The translations under genes and the position numbers were made by a program. From NCBI GenBank assembly GCA_036002345.1, contig DASYTM010000010.1, positions 18,978 to 82,977 on the forward strand: a DNA stretch of 64,000 nucleotides, in the 5' to 3' direction. Position 1 is the stretch's first letter; each line of letters starts with the position of its first letter. The notes under the pieces were generated by a model. It was not told where the DNA came from. It worked only from the letters and a program-made list of their open reading frames with translations, and searched no databases. Shown piece after piece: positions 29,856-38,988 of the stretch. This DNA is from Candidatus Methylomirabilota bacterium (GTDB lineage: Bacteria > Methylomirabilota > Methylomirabilia > Rokubacteriales > CSP1-6).

Positions 29856-31253
29856 CTACGCCTCTTTCGCCGCGCCACCGACGGCCAACGGATGCAACAC
29901 GTCGATCGCCCAGCCCACGTCGAGGCGCTCGCCGGACCAGCCGGGTCGGGAGGTCTGCGCGTTGATGTGAAGGCCGCGCACGTCGTTGTCTGCTCTGAGC
30001 GCCGCCGCGGGATCGGGAGCCACGACCGGCGGAGGCGGCACCTCCGGCAGTAACTCCCCATCCGGCCGCCTGAAGCGGAGCGCTCCGTCCTCCTGCTGTT
30101 CGATCCGGTAACCCTCTTCGTGGACGCTGCGGTGGTGCCGCCGACAGAGCATGACGAGGTTCGACAGCGTCGTCGGGCCGCCATGGGCCCAGTGCTGGAT
30201 GTGATGGCCCTGCCCGAACGGCAGCCCGCAGCCCGGGAAACGGCACCCGCGGTCGCGATGCTCCAGCGCCCGGCGGAGCGCGGGCGGAATCGTCCGGGTC
30301 CGGGCGCCAACCTCCGTGACGTGGCCGTCCGCGTCGTGGCGCATCACCACCCGGCTCGCGTCGCACGCCAGGCGCCGGGATGTTTCCGCGGAACCGTGGC
30401 CGCCGTCTTCGAGGACGGACTGGCCCGGGGCGTCCGGGTCCGCCAGGACCGGCGCATCGACGTGAACCACGACCTGGTAGCGCTCGCCCGCCGTCCCCGG
30501 CTCGAGGCCATGATGGAGTGCGGTTTCCGCCAGCAAGCCGAGGGCGTCGGCCTGCCGCTGCCCCCAGGTCGGCGCGTCATCGCCGACGATCCGGCCCGTC
30601 TCCGGATCGAGCGTTTCCGCGGAAACGTTTCTGGCGCGTCCAGACGGATACAGCACCTCGCAGGCCGCGGACAGTGCCTTCTTCACCACGGCGCCGACCT
30701 CGCGGTCCAGCCGCCCGCGGATGACCACCATCCCGTCCGCGTCTTCATAGAGGTGGAGGGCGCGGCTCCGGTGGCGCTGAAGACTGTCGCGCGCTTCCGC
30801 CTTTCGGTCGACGCCGCGCCAGCCCCGGACGACCCGCTCGACGTGCTCGGCGGTGCCCGCCCGGCCGACCTTGAGCAGTCGCCCTTCGGTTTCGGGCGTC
30901 GCCACCCGTGTCAACGCTCGGACCTTCGAGTACGACAGCTCGCCGCGGGCCAAGGCATCCGCCAGCACCGGCAGCCGGCCCAGGGCTCGCGCGACGCGCA
31001 CGCGCTCCCGAGCGGCACCTGGGTCGAGACCGACACGCCAGGTCAGCCAGTGGGCGCACGACCGGAAGCCGGTGCCCCAACCCTCGCGCGCGTCGAACTC
31101 GCGGATGAGATCGAGCAGCCTGGCCGTCGCTGCATCGAGGTGCGCGGACAGCTCGCCGATCTGGTCGCCGAGCCGCTCGAGCTCGGCGGCATCCGGCGTG
31201 ACGGTGGGTGGGAGCGGCGGCGCGACTCGGACATCATCGAATGCGGTGTTCAT
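29856..31253 (-). CDS. DUF222 / HNH endonuclease signature motif protein (13E12-repeat family)
   Basis: The N-terminal DUF222 region (ELERLGDQIGELSAHLDAATARLLDLIREFDAREGW...CAHWLTWRVGL) and the C-terminal HNH motif (CRFPGCGLPFGQGHHIQHWAHGGPTTLSNLVMLCRRHHRSVHE) are typical of this mobile-element-associated family. Confidence 0.8.
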   Translation of the reverse strand: MNTAFDDVRVAPPLPPTVTPDAAELERLGDQIGELSAHLDAATARLLDLIREFDAREGWGTGFRSCAHWLTWRVGLDPGAARERVRVARALGRLPVLADALARGELSYSKVRALTRVATPETEGRLLKVGRAGTAEHVERVVRGWRGVDRKAEARDSLQRHRSRALHLYEDADGMVVIRGRLDREVGAVVKKALSAACEVLYPSGRARNVSAETLDPETGRIVGDDAPTWGQRQADALGLLAETALHHGLEPGTAGERYQVVVHVDAPVLADPDAPGQSVLEDGGHGSAETSRRLACDASRVVMRHDADGHVTEVGARTRTIPPALRRALEHRDRGCRFPGCGLPFGQGHHIQHWAHGGPTTLSNLVMLCRRHHRSVHEEGYRIEQQEDGALRFRRPDGELLPEVPPPPVVAPDPAAALRADNDVRGLHINAQTSRPGWSGERLDVGWAIDVLHPLAVGGAAKEA

Positions 31254-31493
31254 CGGCTTCTCCTCTGCGCCGACCTTACACCGCGATTTTGAAGGGCCCG
31301 GGGCGCCATCAGGACCGGCGATCGCCGCGCGGGCTCGATTTTTTCAAAACGCGCCGATGCTCACGCGTCTCGGCGTGAATGCGCGACGCTGAAGCCCAAT
31401 CAGGCGTCAATGACCCAGATGCGGCGCACGCACCGATCAACGCCGTCAAGAGTCGAAAATTCGATACAGCGAACCCGGACGCTGCACAGCCCC

Positions 31494-31523
31494 GATAAAC
31501 GAAAAACGTTCCCGCGGGAACGT
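31494..31523 (-). terminator. Rho-independent terminator downstream of the FGE-like gene (18-bp perfect palindrome followed by a U-tract on the minus strand)
   Basis: Plus strand has gataaacgaaaa-ACGTTCCCGCGGGAACGT. On the minus strand the hairpin ACGUUCCCGCGGGAACGU is followed by UUUUCGUUUAUC. It lies in the lower-GC intergenic region 31254-31533. Confidence 0.6.
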
Positions 31524-31533
31524 CGAGTCGACA

Positions 31534-32166
31534 TCACCGCGCCAGCCGAAACCCATAGTCCGAATACCGCAGCGCCGGCGGCAGCGACGACCGGTGGCCG
31601 ACGGCGCTCCAGGGATCGGCGTGGCGCCACGCGCCGCCGCGGCTGACGCGGCGCGTGCCGGCGGGCGGGCCGGCGGGGTTCGCCGCGGGCGACCGGGCGT
31701 AGTAGTCGTCGTCGTACCAGTCGGCGCACCACTCGTGACAGACGCCGGACAGGTCGTACACGCCGAGCGGATTGACGGGCGTCGAGCGCACCCGCGGCGG
31801 CCGGGTGAACCGGCCCAACGGCGCTGCACCCACCCACGGCAGCCGCCCACCCGACACGTCGCCGCGCGCGGCCTTCTCCCACTCGGCTTCCGTGGGCAGC
31901 CGCGCTCCCGCCCACGCCGCGAACGCGCGCGCCTCGTCCCACGACACGCCGACGACGGGCTGCGACGGGTCGTCATAACCGCCGGCGCCCCAGAACGCCG
32001 GCGTCGGCCCGCCGGCAGCCACAAACCGCGCCCAGTCCGCATTCGTCACCGGCGTCACGGCGATCTCGAACGCGTCGAGCGTCACGCGATGGACCGGCCG
32101 CTCACACGGCGGCCCGGCGGGGTCGCCCATGAGGAACGCGCCGGCCGCGACCGTCACGAAGTCCAC
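31534..32166 (-). CDS. Formylglycine-generating enzyme (FGE/SUMF1) family domain protein; start uncertain (GTG at 32166)
   Basis: C-terminal ~210 aa match the FGE-sulfatase domain (FLMGDP...RVTLDAFEIAVTPVTNADWARFV...LPTEAEWEKAARG...GVYDLSGVCHEWCADWY...RGGAW). Nothing upstream in frame carries a domain, and the region overlaps the divergent aminotransferase. Confidence 0.65.
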   Translation of the reverse strand: MDFVTVAAGAFLMGDPAGPPCERPVHRVTLDAFEIAVTPVTNADWARFVAAGGPTPAFWGAGGYDDPSQPVVGVSWDEARAFAAWAGARLPTEAEWEKAARGDVSGGRLPWVGAAPLGRFTRPPRVRSTPVNPLGVYDLSGVCHEWCADWYDDDYYARSPAANPAGPPAGTRRVSRGGAWRHADPWSAVGHRSSLPPALRYSDYGFRLAR

Positions 32167-32170
32167 GAGG

Positions 32171-32176
32171 ATATAA
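32171..32176 (+). promoter_or_regulatory. TATAAT -10 hexamer immediately upstream of the aminotransferase start codons (ATG at 32176 and 32185), suggesting a leaderless transcript
   Basis: gaggaTATAATgcgccccATGaac. A clear sigma-70 -10 element in an otherwise GC-saturated context, with no SD sequence. Confidence 0.4.
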
Positions 32177-32184
32177 TGCGCCCC

Positions 32185-33357
32185 ATGAACGTCGCCGAAC
32201 GCATGGGCCGGCTGGGGACCGAATCCGCCTTCGAGGTGCTCGCGCGCGCCAAGGCGCTCGAGCGGCAGGGCAAGCAGATCATCCACCTGGAGATCGGCGA
32301 GCCCGACTTCGACACGCCCGAGCACATCCGCGACGCGGCCAAGCGCGCGCTCGACGCGGGCGCCACGCACTACGGCCCGTCGGCGGGGCTGCCCGAGCTG
32401 CGGGAAGCCATCGCGAAGCACATCAGCGCGACGCGCGGCGTGCCGGTGGCGGCCGACCAGGTCGTGGTCACGCCCGGCGCCAAGCCCATCATGTTCTTCA
32501 CGATCATGACGCTGGCCGGCCCCGGCGACGAGGTGATCTACCCGAACCCGGGCTTCCCGATCTACGAGTCCGTCATCAACTTCGTCGGCGCCAAGGCCGT
32601 GCCGATCCCGCTGCGCGAGGCGAGTCAGTTCGGCTTCGACATGGACGCCTTCGAGAAGGCGATCTCGCCGCGCACGAAGCTGATCATCATCAACTCGCCC
32701 GCGAACCCGACCGGCGGCGTGCTGGACGCCGGCCAGATCGACCGCATCGCCGCCCTCGCCGCCGCGCGCGACATCCCGGTGATGTCGGACGAGATCTACC
32801 GGCAGTTCCTCTACGACGGCGAGTTCGTCTCGATCTACAACCGCCCGAAGATGGCCGAGCGCACGATCATCCTCGACGGCTTCTCCAAGTCCTACGCGAT
32901 GACGGGGTGGCGGCTCGGCTACGGCGTCTTCCCGCCGCCGCTCGTCGAGCACATCGTGCGGCTCATGGTGAACTCCGCCTCGTGTACGGCCTCCTTCGTC
33001 CAGCTCGCGGGCATCGCCGCGCTCCAGGGCGAGCAGGCCGGGCGCATGGTCGCCGAGTTCAAGCGCCGCCGCGACATCCTCGTGGACGGGCTCAACAAGC
33101 TGCCCGGCGTGACGTGCCTGCGCCCGCGCGGCGCGTTCTACGTGTTCCCGAACATCACGGCGACGGGTCGCTCGTCCGCCGAGGTCGCGGACCGGCTGCT
33201 CACCGAGGCGGGCGTGGCCGCGCTGTCGGGGGCGGCGTTCGGGGCGCACGGCGAGGGTTACCTGCGGCTCTCGTACGCCAACTCCGAGGCCAACCTGCGC
33301 GCGGCACTGGACCGCATGCGGCCTGTGTTCGAAGCGTTCGCGCGCTGGCTGAGGTGA
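32185..33357 (+). CDS. Pyridoxal-phosphate-dependent aminotransferase class I/II (aspartate aminotransferase-like)
   Basis: IIHLEIGEPDFDTP..., INSPANPTGGV, DEIY...SFSKSYAMTGWRLGY (PLP-lysine region). An alternative start lies at 32176. Confidence 0.85.
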   Translation: MNVAERMGRLGTESAFEVLARAKALERQGKQIIHLEIGEPDFDTPEHIRDAAKRALDAGATHYGPSAGLPELREAIAKHISATRGVPVAADQVVVTPGAKPIMFFTIMTLAGPGDEVIYPNPGFPIYESVINFVGAKAVPIPLREASQFGFDMDAFEKAISPRTKLIIINSPANPTGGVLDAGQIDRIAALAAARDIPVMSDEIYRQFLYDGEFVSIYNRPKMAERTIILDGFSKSYAMTGWRLGYGVFPPPLVEHIVRLMVNSASCTASFVQLAGIAALQGEQAGRMVAEFKRRRDILVDGLNKLPGVTCLRPRGAFYVFPNITATGRSSAEVADRLLTEAGVAALSGAAFGAHGEGYLRLSYANSEANLRAALDRMRPVFEAFARWLR

Positions 33358-33368
33358 CCCGGCCCTAG

Positions 33369-34775
33369 ATGCCGCGCGCGACCGTCGCGGCGGTCGTCGC
33401 CGATGGTCTCTGCCGCGCGGGCGTCGCGCGCGTGTTCGCGTCACCCGGCGCGCCGTCCGCTGTCGTAGCCGCCGTCCGTGAGCGCGGGCTCACCGTCGTC
33501 GAGACGGCCGGCGCCACCGCCGCGTGCCTGATGGCGGCGGTCACCGGCGAGCTCGGCGACGCGCCGGGCGTGGCGCTCGTCCCGCTCGGCGGCCGGCTGG
33601 CCGCGGTCGTCGACGGCGCCGCCCACGCCACGCGCGACCGGGCCGCGACGATCGTGATCTCCGACGGTGCCGCCGACGCGCGCCTGCTCGGACCGGTGGT
33701 GAAGGCGAGCGTGGTGGCCGATGCCGCTTCCGCCGGCCACTGGATCGCTCACGCGGCGCAGGCGGCGATGGCCGAGCCGCGCGGCGCCGTGCACCTCGCG
33801 GTGCCCGCGGGCGTCGCTGAGACCGCGACGCTGCCCGTCGCGGCGTCGTGCCGGCGCGCGCCGCTGCCCGCGCCGTCGGCCGAATCGCTCGACGCGCTTG
33901 CCGAAGCGATCGCCGCCGCGGCGCGGCCGGTGCTCGTCGCCGGCCTCGAGACGGGCCCCGGCGATGCCCCGTGGTTCCGCGCGCTCGCGGAATCGCTGCC
34001 CGCGCCGGTGCTGACGACGCCCAAGGGCAAGGGCGTGCTGCCGGATCCGCACCCGCTGGCGCACGGGCTGCTCGACGCCGGGCATCCGCTGCTGGCCCAG
34101 GCCGATCTGCTGATCCTCGTCGGCGTCGATCCGGTGGAAGCGCGGCCGGGCGTCTGGCCCGCGGGCACGCGGCTCGTGCGCATCGCGCGGAGCGTGGCCG
34201 ACGACGTCGTGTTCGGCGAGATCGCGCTCGTGATCGAGGAGCTCGCCCCGCGGCTGCGCGACCGCGTGCGCGCCGACTGGGACGTGGCGGCGCTCGACCG
34301 CCTCAAGCGCTCGCGTCGCGTCGCAGGCTCCGGGCCCGGGCTCGCGCGCCGCCGCGTGGTGGAGCTGGCGCGCGAGATGACGCCGGCCGGCACGACCCTC
34401 GCGCTGGACGTGCCGCTGGCCGACGCCTGGGCCTCGGTGGCCCCGCGGGACTGTCTCATCCCCAACGGCGTGGCCACGCTCGGCTTCGCGCTCCCCGCCG
34501 CGCTCGCGGCGGCGCTGGCGCGGGCGGACGGACGCGTGGTGGCGATCGGCGGCGCCGCGGGCTTCGCGGCCATGGCCGCCGAATGGCCCACGGTGGCGCG
34601 GCTCGGCGCGCCGGTCGTCGCCGTCGCGCTGAACGAGGCGGGCGCGACCGACCTGACCCGCGCGGCGGGCGTGGACGTCGTCACGGCCACCGACGAGGCC
34701 TCGTTTCGCGCCGGCTTCGACCGCGCGTGGCGCGGCGGCGGGCCCGCATTGATCGACGCTCGCGTCAGCCGGTAG
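33369..34775 (+). CDS. Thiamine-pyrophosphate-dependent enzyme (acetolactate synthase large-subunit-like)
   Basis: Three-domain TPP enzyme layout. A TPP-binding-like C-terminal region (IGGAAGFAAMAAEWPTVARLGAPVVAVALNE) is seen only weakly. Low-complexity, Ala-rich. Confidence 0.6.
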   Translation: MPRATVAAVVADGLCRAGVARVFASPGAPSAVVAAVRERGLTVVETAGATAACLMAAVTGELGDAPGVALVPLGGRLAAVVDGAAHATRDRAATIVISDGAADARLLGPVVKASVVADAASAGHWIAHAAQAAMAEPRGAVHLAVPAGVAETATLPVAASCRRAPLPAPSAESLDALAEAIAAAARPVLVAGLETGPGDAPWFRALAESLPAPVLTTPKGKGVLPDPHPLAHGLLDAGHPLLAQADLLILVGVDPVEARPGVWPAGTRLVRIARSVADDVVFGEIALVIEELAPRLRDRVRADWDVAALDRLKRSRRVAGSGPGLARRRVVELAREMTPAGTTLALDVPLADAWASVAPRDCLIPNGVATLGFALPAALAAALARADGRVVAIGGAAGFAAMAAEWPTVARLGAPVVAVALNEAGATDLTRAAGVDVVTATDEASFRAGFDRAWRGGGPALIDARVSR

Positions 34776-34784
34776 CATGGACGT

Positions 34785-35654
34785 ATGAAACACGTGGTGC
34801 TCGCCGCCGCCCTGGTGCTGACCTTCGTCGCCTCTGCCGGTGCCGCCGACCCCCCGCTGCTCGTCAGCCCCGCGTGGCTCGCCGAGCGCCTGGGCCGCGC
34901 CGACGTTCGCGTCGTGGACGTCTCGGACCTCGACGACTACGTCAAGGGCCACATTCCCGGCGCGGTGTATTTCGACTTCGCCGAGAGCCGCATGCAGGCG
35001 AGGGAGGGCGTCTACCGCCTGCTCACCGCCGCCGAGGGGCGCCGGCTGCTCGCGCGGCTGGCGATCGCGCCGGACACGACGGTGGTGGCCTACGACGACG
35101 ACGGCGGCCTGCACGCGGCCTGGCTCTTCCTGGTGCTCGACGTGCTCGGCCACCGGCGCGTCGCGGTGCTGGACGGCGGCAGCCAGGCCTGGCGCGCCGC
35201 GGGGGGCGCATGGACGGCGGATCCCGCGCGTCGCGTGCCGCGCGTCTCGACGTCCGCGCCGCGTCCGGACGCGGCGCGGGTGGCCGATGCCCGGTGGGTG
35301 GAGAAGCGGCTCGGCCAGGACGGCGTCGCGCTGGTGGACGCGCGCACGCCCGACGAGTTCGCCGGCCGCGACCTCCGCGCCCGGCGCGGCGGCCACATTC
35401 CCGGCGCCGTGAACGTCGAGTGGCAGCGCCATCTCCGGCCCGACGGCACGTTCAAGCCGCTCGCCGAGCTGCGCGCGATGTACGCCGCGGAAGGCATCAC
35501 GCCGGACAAGACCGTGGTGACGTACTGCCAGACCCATCACCGCGCCGCGCACACGTACTTCGTGCTGCGCCTGCTCGGCTATCCGCGCGTGGTCGCCTAC
35601 ACGGGCTCGTGGGCGGAGTGGGGCAACCGCGAGGACCTGCCGCTCGCGCGGTGA
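34785..35654 (+). CDS. Secreted tandem-rhodanese sulfurtransferase (thiosulfate/3-mercaptopyruvate sulfurtransferase-like)
   Basis: Signal peptide. Two rhodanese domains (DYVKGHIPGAVYFDF...; active-site loop VTYCQTHHRAAH with catalytic Cys). Confidence 0.85.
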   Translation: MKHVVLAAALVLTFVASAGAADPPLLVSPAWLAERLGRADVRVVDVSDLDDYVKGHIPGAVYFDFAESRMQAREGVYRLLTAAEGRRLLARLAIAPDTTVVAYDDDGGLHAAWLFLVLDVLGHRRVAVLDGGSQAWRAAGGAWTADPARRVPRVSTSAPRPDAARVADARWVEKRLGQDGVALVDARTPDEFAGRDLRARRGGHIPGAVNVEWQRHLRPDGTFKPLAELRAMYAAEGITPDKTVVTYCQTHHRAAHTYFVLRLLGYPRVVAYTGSWAEWGNREDLPLAR

Positions 35655-35658
35655 GAGG

Positions 35659-37092
35659 CTACTCCCACTCCCGATAGGTTTGCGGCGAGAGCTCGTCGGC
35701 GCCGCGGCCCGCCCAGTCGAACGACTTCATGCGCGGCCACATGCGGTCGCCGCCGGCCTGGAGGTCGGCGAGGATCTTCGCCTCGTCGGCGGCGAGGACG
35801 CGGCCGCGGTCCACCACGAGGCGGCCGCCGACCCACACGCGATCGACGTCCTCCGCCGTCGCGTTGTAGACGAGGTTCTTCACGGGGTCGCGCAGCGGCG
35901 TCATGGTCCAGGACGACGCCTTCCAGAGCACGAGGTCCGCCGCCGCGCCGGGCGCAATCCGGCCGAGATCGTCGCGGCCGAGCGCCCGCGCCCCGCCGAG
36001 GGTGGCGGCGTCGAAGACGTCGCCGGCCGTCGTGGCCGCGGTGTTGCGCTCGACGATCTTGCTGCCGATGGCGGCCCAGCGCATGGCCTCGAGGACGGAC
36101 TGGGGATTGGTGTCGGTGCCGAGCGCGACGTTGATGCCGGCCTTGCGATAGAGCGCGAACGACTCGAGCAGCATGCCGCGCCGCATGAACACCCACGGCG
36201 CGTGGGCCACCGAGCAGCCGGCCTCCGCCATGATCTCCACGTCGCCGGCGGGGTAGTTGGTCCACGACGAGCCGCCGATGATGATGGCGTGGCCGAGGAT
36301 CGTGTTCTCCCCGAGCACGCCGAGGTCGTCGAGCCACGCCACCGGCGTCTTGCCGTGGCGCTGGAGCATCTCGTTGAACTCGACGACCGACTGCGAGGTG
36401 TGCACGGTGTAGGGACGCCGGGCCTCGTCGGCGCGCGCCTTCGCCTCGATCAAGAGCTCCGGCGTGCACGTGTCCACCTGCATCGGCGAGAACGCACAGC
36501 GCACGAGGCCGCCGTGGGCGCCGTCGTGCTTCTCCATGAACTCCACGGCGCGCTCGAGCCCCTGGCGTCCGGCCTCCTCGTTCCACTCCCAGACCACGCG
36601 CTTGCCGTCGCGCGTGAGCCACTGGCCCGAGCGAAAGCCGAGCCCCATGTACACGCGCAGGCCGTAGTGTCCGGCGCGCTCGGCCACGTAGGCGCCGAGC
36701 CCGCCGATCTCGAGGGCCGTCGTCACGCCGCCGCGCAGCAACTCGGCCATCGAGAAGTCCACGCACGCGCGCCCGGCCTCCGGGTCCTGCGCGCCGCCGC
36801 GGACCGGCAGCATCTCGAAGAGCCCCGAGTACCAGAACTGCGGGCTGCCCCGGTCCTCGATGAAGGAGCGGTCGAGCGGCGAGCCGCCCATGTGGACGTG
36901 GGTGGTGATGAGCCCGGGCGTCAGCACCCGGTCGCGCGCGTCGATCGTCTCGTCGGCCTGGCCCTCGAGCGTCCGGCCGACGTGGACGACGCGGTCGCCC
37001 TCGAGCACGACCACGCCGTCGCGCAGCAGCCGGTGGCCGTGGCCGTCGAAGGCGACGATCCACCCCGCGCGGATGGCGGTCCGGCGCGCCAT
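35659..37092 (-). CDS. Amidohydrolase family protein (chlorohydrolase/aminohydrolase, SsnA/guanine-deaminase-like)
   Basis: Metal-binding HxH (PGLITTHVHM). HAIIIGGSSW...VALGTDTN. C-terminal aspartate typical of the TIM-barrel amidohydrolase superfamily. Confidence 0.85.
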   Translation of the reverse strand: MARRTAIRAGWIVAFDGHGHRLLRDGVVVLEGDRVVHVGRTLEGQADETIDARDRVLTPGLITTHVHMGGSPLDRSFIEDRGSPQFWYSGLFEMLPVRGGAQDPEAGRACVDFSMAELLRGGVTTALEIGGLGAYVAERAGHYGLRVYMGLGFRSGQWLTRDGKRVVWEWNEEAGRQGLERAVEFMEKHDGAHGGLVRCAFSPMQVDTCTPELLIEAKARADEARRPYTVHTSQSVVEFNEMLQRHGKTPVAWLDDLGVLGENTILGHAIIIGGSSWTNYPAGDVEIMAEAGCSVAHAPWVFMRRGMLLESFALYRKAGINVALGTDTNPQSVLEAMRWAAIGSKIVERNTAATTAGDVFDAATLGGARALGRDDLGRIAPGAAADLVLWKASSWTMTPLRDPVKNLVYNATAEDVDRVWVGGRLVVDRGRVLAADEAKILADLQAGGDRMWPRMKSFDWAGRGADELSPQTYREWE

Positions 37093-38951
37093 TACTTGGC
37101 GACGATGGCCGGATCGAGCCGCATCACCACGTAGCCGCCGACGGCGCCCGCGCCGAAGCCCGGCGCGAAGAGCCGCATCGGGCGGTCGATCTTGCCGTCC
37201 TGGACGGCGTCGTAGATCGCGAGAGGGATCGAGGCGGACGAGGTGTTGCCCACGCGCTCGATGTTGAAGTAGAGCTGATCGGGCTGGAGCCCGGCGGCCT
37301 TGGCGTAGTGGACGACCATCGTCTTGTTCGCCTGGTGCGGCACGATGAGGTCGATGGCGTTCAGCAGCGAGCCGCTCTCCCCCCGGGGATTCGGCAGGGC
37401 GCCGAGCTCGCGGATCATCTGCGTGAGGTAGCGCTTCACGAGCGCCTTCACCTCGGGGCCGAAGACGGTGATGTTGTTGTCGAACTCCGGGTTCGGCCAG
37501 ACGATCGAGTCCACCTCGCTCATCGGCCCGCTCGCGTACGTCTGGAAGTACTCGACGTCGGGCGGCGTGCCGGCAGGGGCGGGGCCCACCACGACGGCGG
37601 CGGCGCCGTCGCCGAAGATCATGCGCGAGGTGCGCACGGTGCCGATCTTGTCGGAGAACTTCTCGCCGCACACCACGAGCACCGGCCGCTCGACCTCCTG
37701 GAGCAGGCGGATCGCCTCCGAGAGCCCGTAGGGGAGCCCCGCGCAGGCGGCCACGATGTCGCACGAGGCGTGGGTCTGGAACATGCCGAGCCGGCCCGAC
37801 AGCCACGTGGCGAGCGACGGCATCATCTTGGCGCTCGTGCAGGAGCAGAAGAGCACGGCGCCGATCTCCTCCGGCTTGCGCCGCGCCTTGTCGAGCGCGC
37901 CCTGGGCGGCGAGCAGCGCGATGTGGTCGAGGTCGAGGTCGGTGTAGAGCCGCTGCCGGATGCCGGTCTTCTCCTCGATCTCGTCCGCCGTCATCGGCGA
38001 CCACGAGTACGCCGCGTTGCGGATGAGGTCGTCGTTGGTGCACGGACGCTCGCCCTGGTAGACGGCCAGCGCCTCCAGCCGCGGCATGATCTTGAACTGC
38101 TTGCGCACGTCCACGGGCGGGTAGGGCGTGGCGGGCTGACGCGCGGCGAGCGCGGGCGGCTTGGGGGGCCGGCTGCGCTGGCCGCGCTTCACGCGGCGGA
38201 TGAAGTCGCGCACCTCGTCGTTGCGCGGGTGGTACACGACCACGAAGTCGTCGTCGGCGAGCTTGCCCACCTCGATCACGCGCATGCGGTCGCGGTCCCA
38301 GCGGAACTGGTTGTGCAGCACCATCATCTGGCGGAGCAGCGCCTCCAGCTCGGGCACGGCGTGGCTGCACTCCACGATGTCGTCGTGGCCGTAGCCCGGG
38401 AAGTCCGGGTTGTGCACGAGCAGGTGGTAGGTGCGGTTCTTCGAGCTCGACAGGATCTCCGACACCGTCGGCTTGATGGGCTCCAGCTCCGCGCCCGCGC
38501 CGGCCTTGTGGCGGAACACGTCGATGAGCACGCGGAAGATCTTGTCCTCCGTCCCCTCGTCCCACGTGGGCTTGAGCGCGCGGTAGCCGCGCTCGATGGC
38601 CGCCGTCAGCTCGCCGCCCTCCCACGGCTTGAAGATCGGGAGGAAGACGTCGTCGCGCTGCCGCGGCACGTCGCGCCAGCGCGTCGGCCGCTTCTCGTAC
38701 ATGGTCAGCGCGTAGCGGTTGACCCAGAAGAGATCGAGGGCGAGGTCGCGCAGCAGGTCGTAACGGCCGCGGTAGGCCGCCGACTCCAGGCGCGTGACGA
38801 TGTCGATCTCCGTCGGCGCCTTTTCCTCGAAGTCACGACGGATGACCGCGCTGAACTGGTCCAGCGTCTCGAAGACGGAGAAGTCGAGGTTGGGGAAGAA
38901 GTTGGATGGGAACACCATCCGTCCGTAGCGATTGATCACAAAGGGCTTCAT
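37092..38951 (-). CDS. Two-domain protein: unrecognised ~290-aa N-terminal domain fused to a 3-oxoacyl-ACP synthase III (FabH/KAS III-like) C-terminal domain
   Basis: C-terminal half carries KAS III motifs (AVLFCSCTSAKMMPSLATWLSGRLGM, active-site Cys; HQANKTMV; GNTSSASIPLAI). N-terminal half (MKPFVINRYGRMVFPSNFFPNLDF...HLLVHNPDFPGYGHDDIVECSH...) has no family I can name. GAGGAG RBS 9 nt upstream. TAATG coupling to the amidohydrolase. Confidence 0.8.
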   Translation of the reverse strand: MKPFVINRYGRMVFPSNFFPNLDFSVFETLDQFSAVIRRDFEEKAPTEIDIVTRLESAAYRGRYDLLRDLALDLFWVNRYALTMYEKRPTRWRDVPRQRDDVFLPIFKPWEGGELTAAIERGYRALKPTWDEGTEDKIFRVLIDVFRHKAGAGAELEPIKPTVSEILSSSKNRTYHLLVHNPDFPGYGHDDIVECSHAVPELEALLRQMMVLHNQFRWDRDRMRVIEVGKLADDDFVVVYHPRNDEVRDFIRRVKRGQRSRPPKPPALAARQPATPYPPVDVRKQFKIMPRLEALAVYQGERPCTNDDLIRNAAYSWSPMTADEIEEKTGIRQRLYTDLDLDHIALLAAQGALDKARRKPEEIGAVLFCSCTSAKMMPSLATWLSGRLGMFQTHASCDIVAACAGLPYGLSEAIRLLQEVERPVLVVCGEKFSDKIGTVRTSRMIFGDGAAAVVVGPAPAGTPPDVEYFQTYASGPMSEVDSIVWPNPEFDNNITVFGPEVKALVKRYLTQMIRELGALPNPRGESGSLLNAIDLIVPHQANKTMVVHYAKAAGLQPDQLYFNIERVGNTSSASIPLAIYDAVQDGKIDRPMRLFAPGFGAGAVGGYVVMRLDPAIVAK

Positions 38952-38977
38952 GGCGGGCTGCTCCTCGACCGCGACTA

Positions 38978-38983
38978 TATAAT
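38978..38983 (+). promoter_or_regulatory. TATAAT -10 hexamer 5 nt upstream of ATG of the PDO-like gene (leaderless arrangement), in a divergent promoter region shared with the KAS III fusion gene
   Basis: cgacTATATAATgaggcATGccc. Confidence 0.4.
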
Positions 38984-38988
38984 GAGGC

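Noticed and set aside
31534-32166. FGE-like gene as an EgtB/OvoA-type sulfoxide synthase (given nearby DinB domains and rhodanese)
   Set aside because: The ORF lacks an N-terminal DinB_2 domain and is only ~210 aa. DinB-domain genes are >15 kb away, so there is no support beyond generic FGE fold membership.
31534-33444. 636-aa ORF extending the FGE-like gene upstream across the aminotransferase gene
   Set aside because: Only the C-terminal ~210 aa carry FGE motifs. The upstream part is antisense to a well-supported PLP aminotransferase and is low-complexity.
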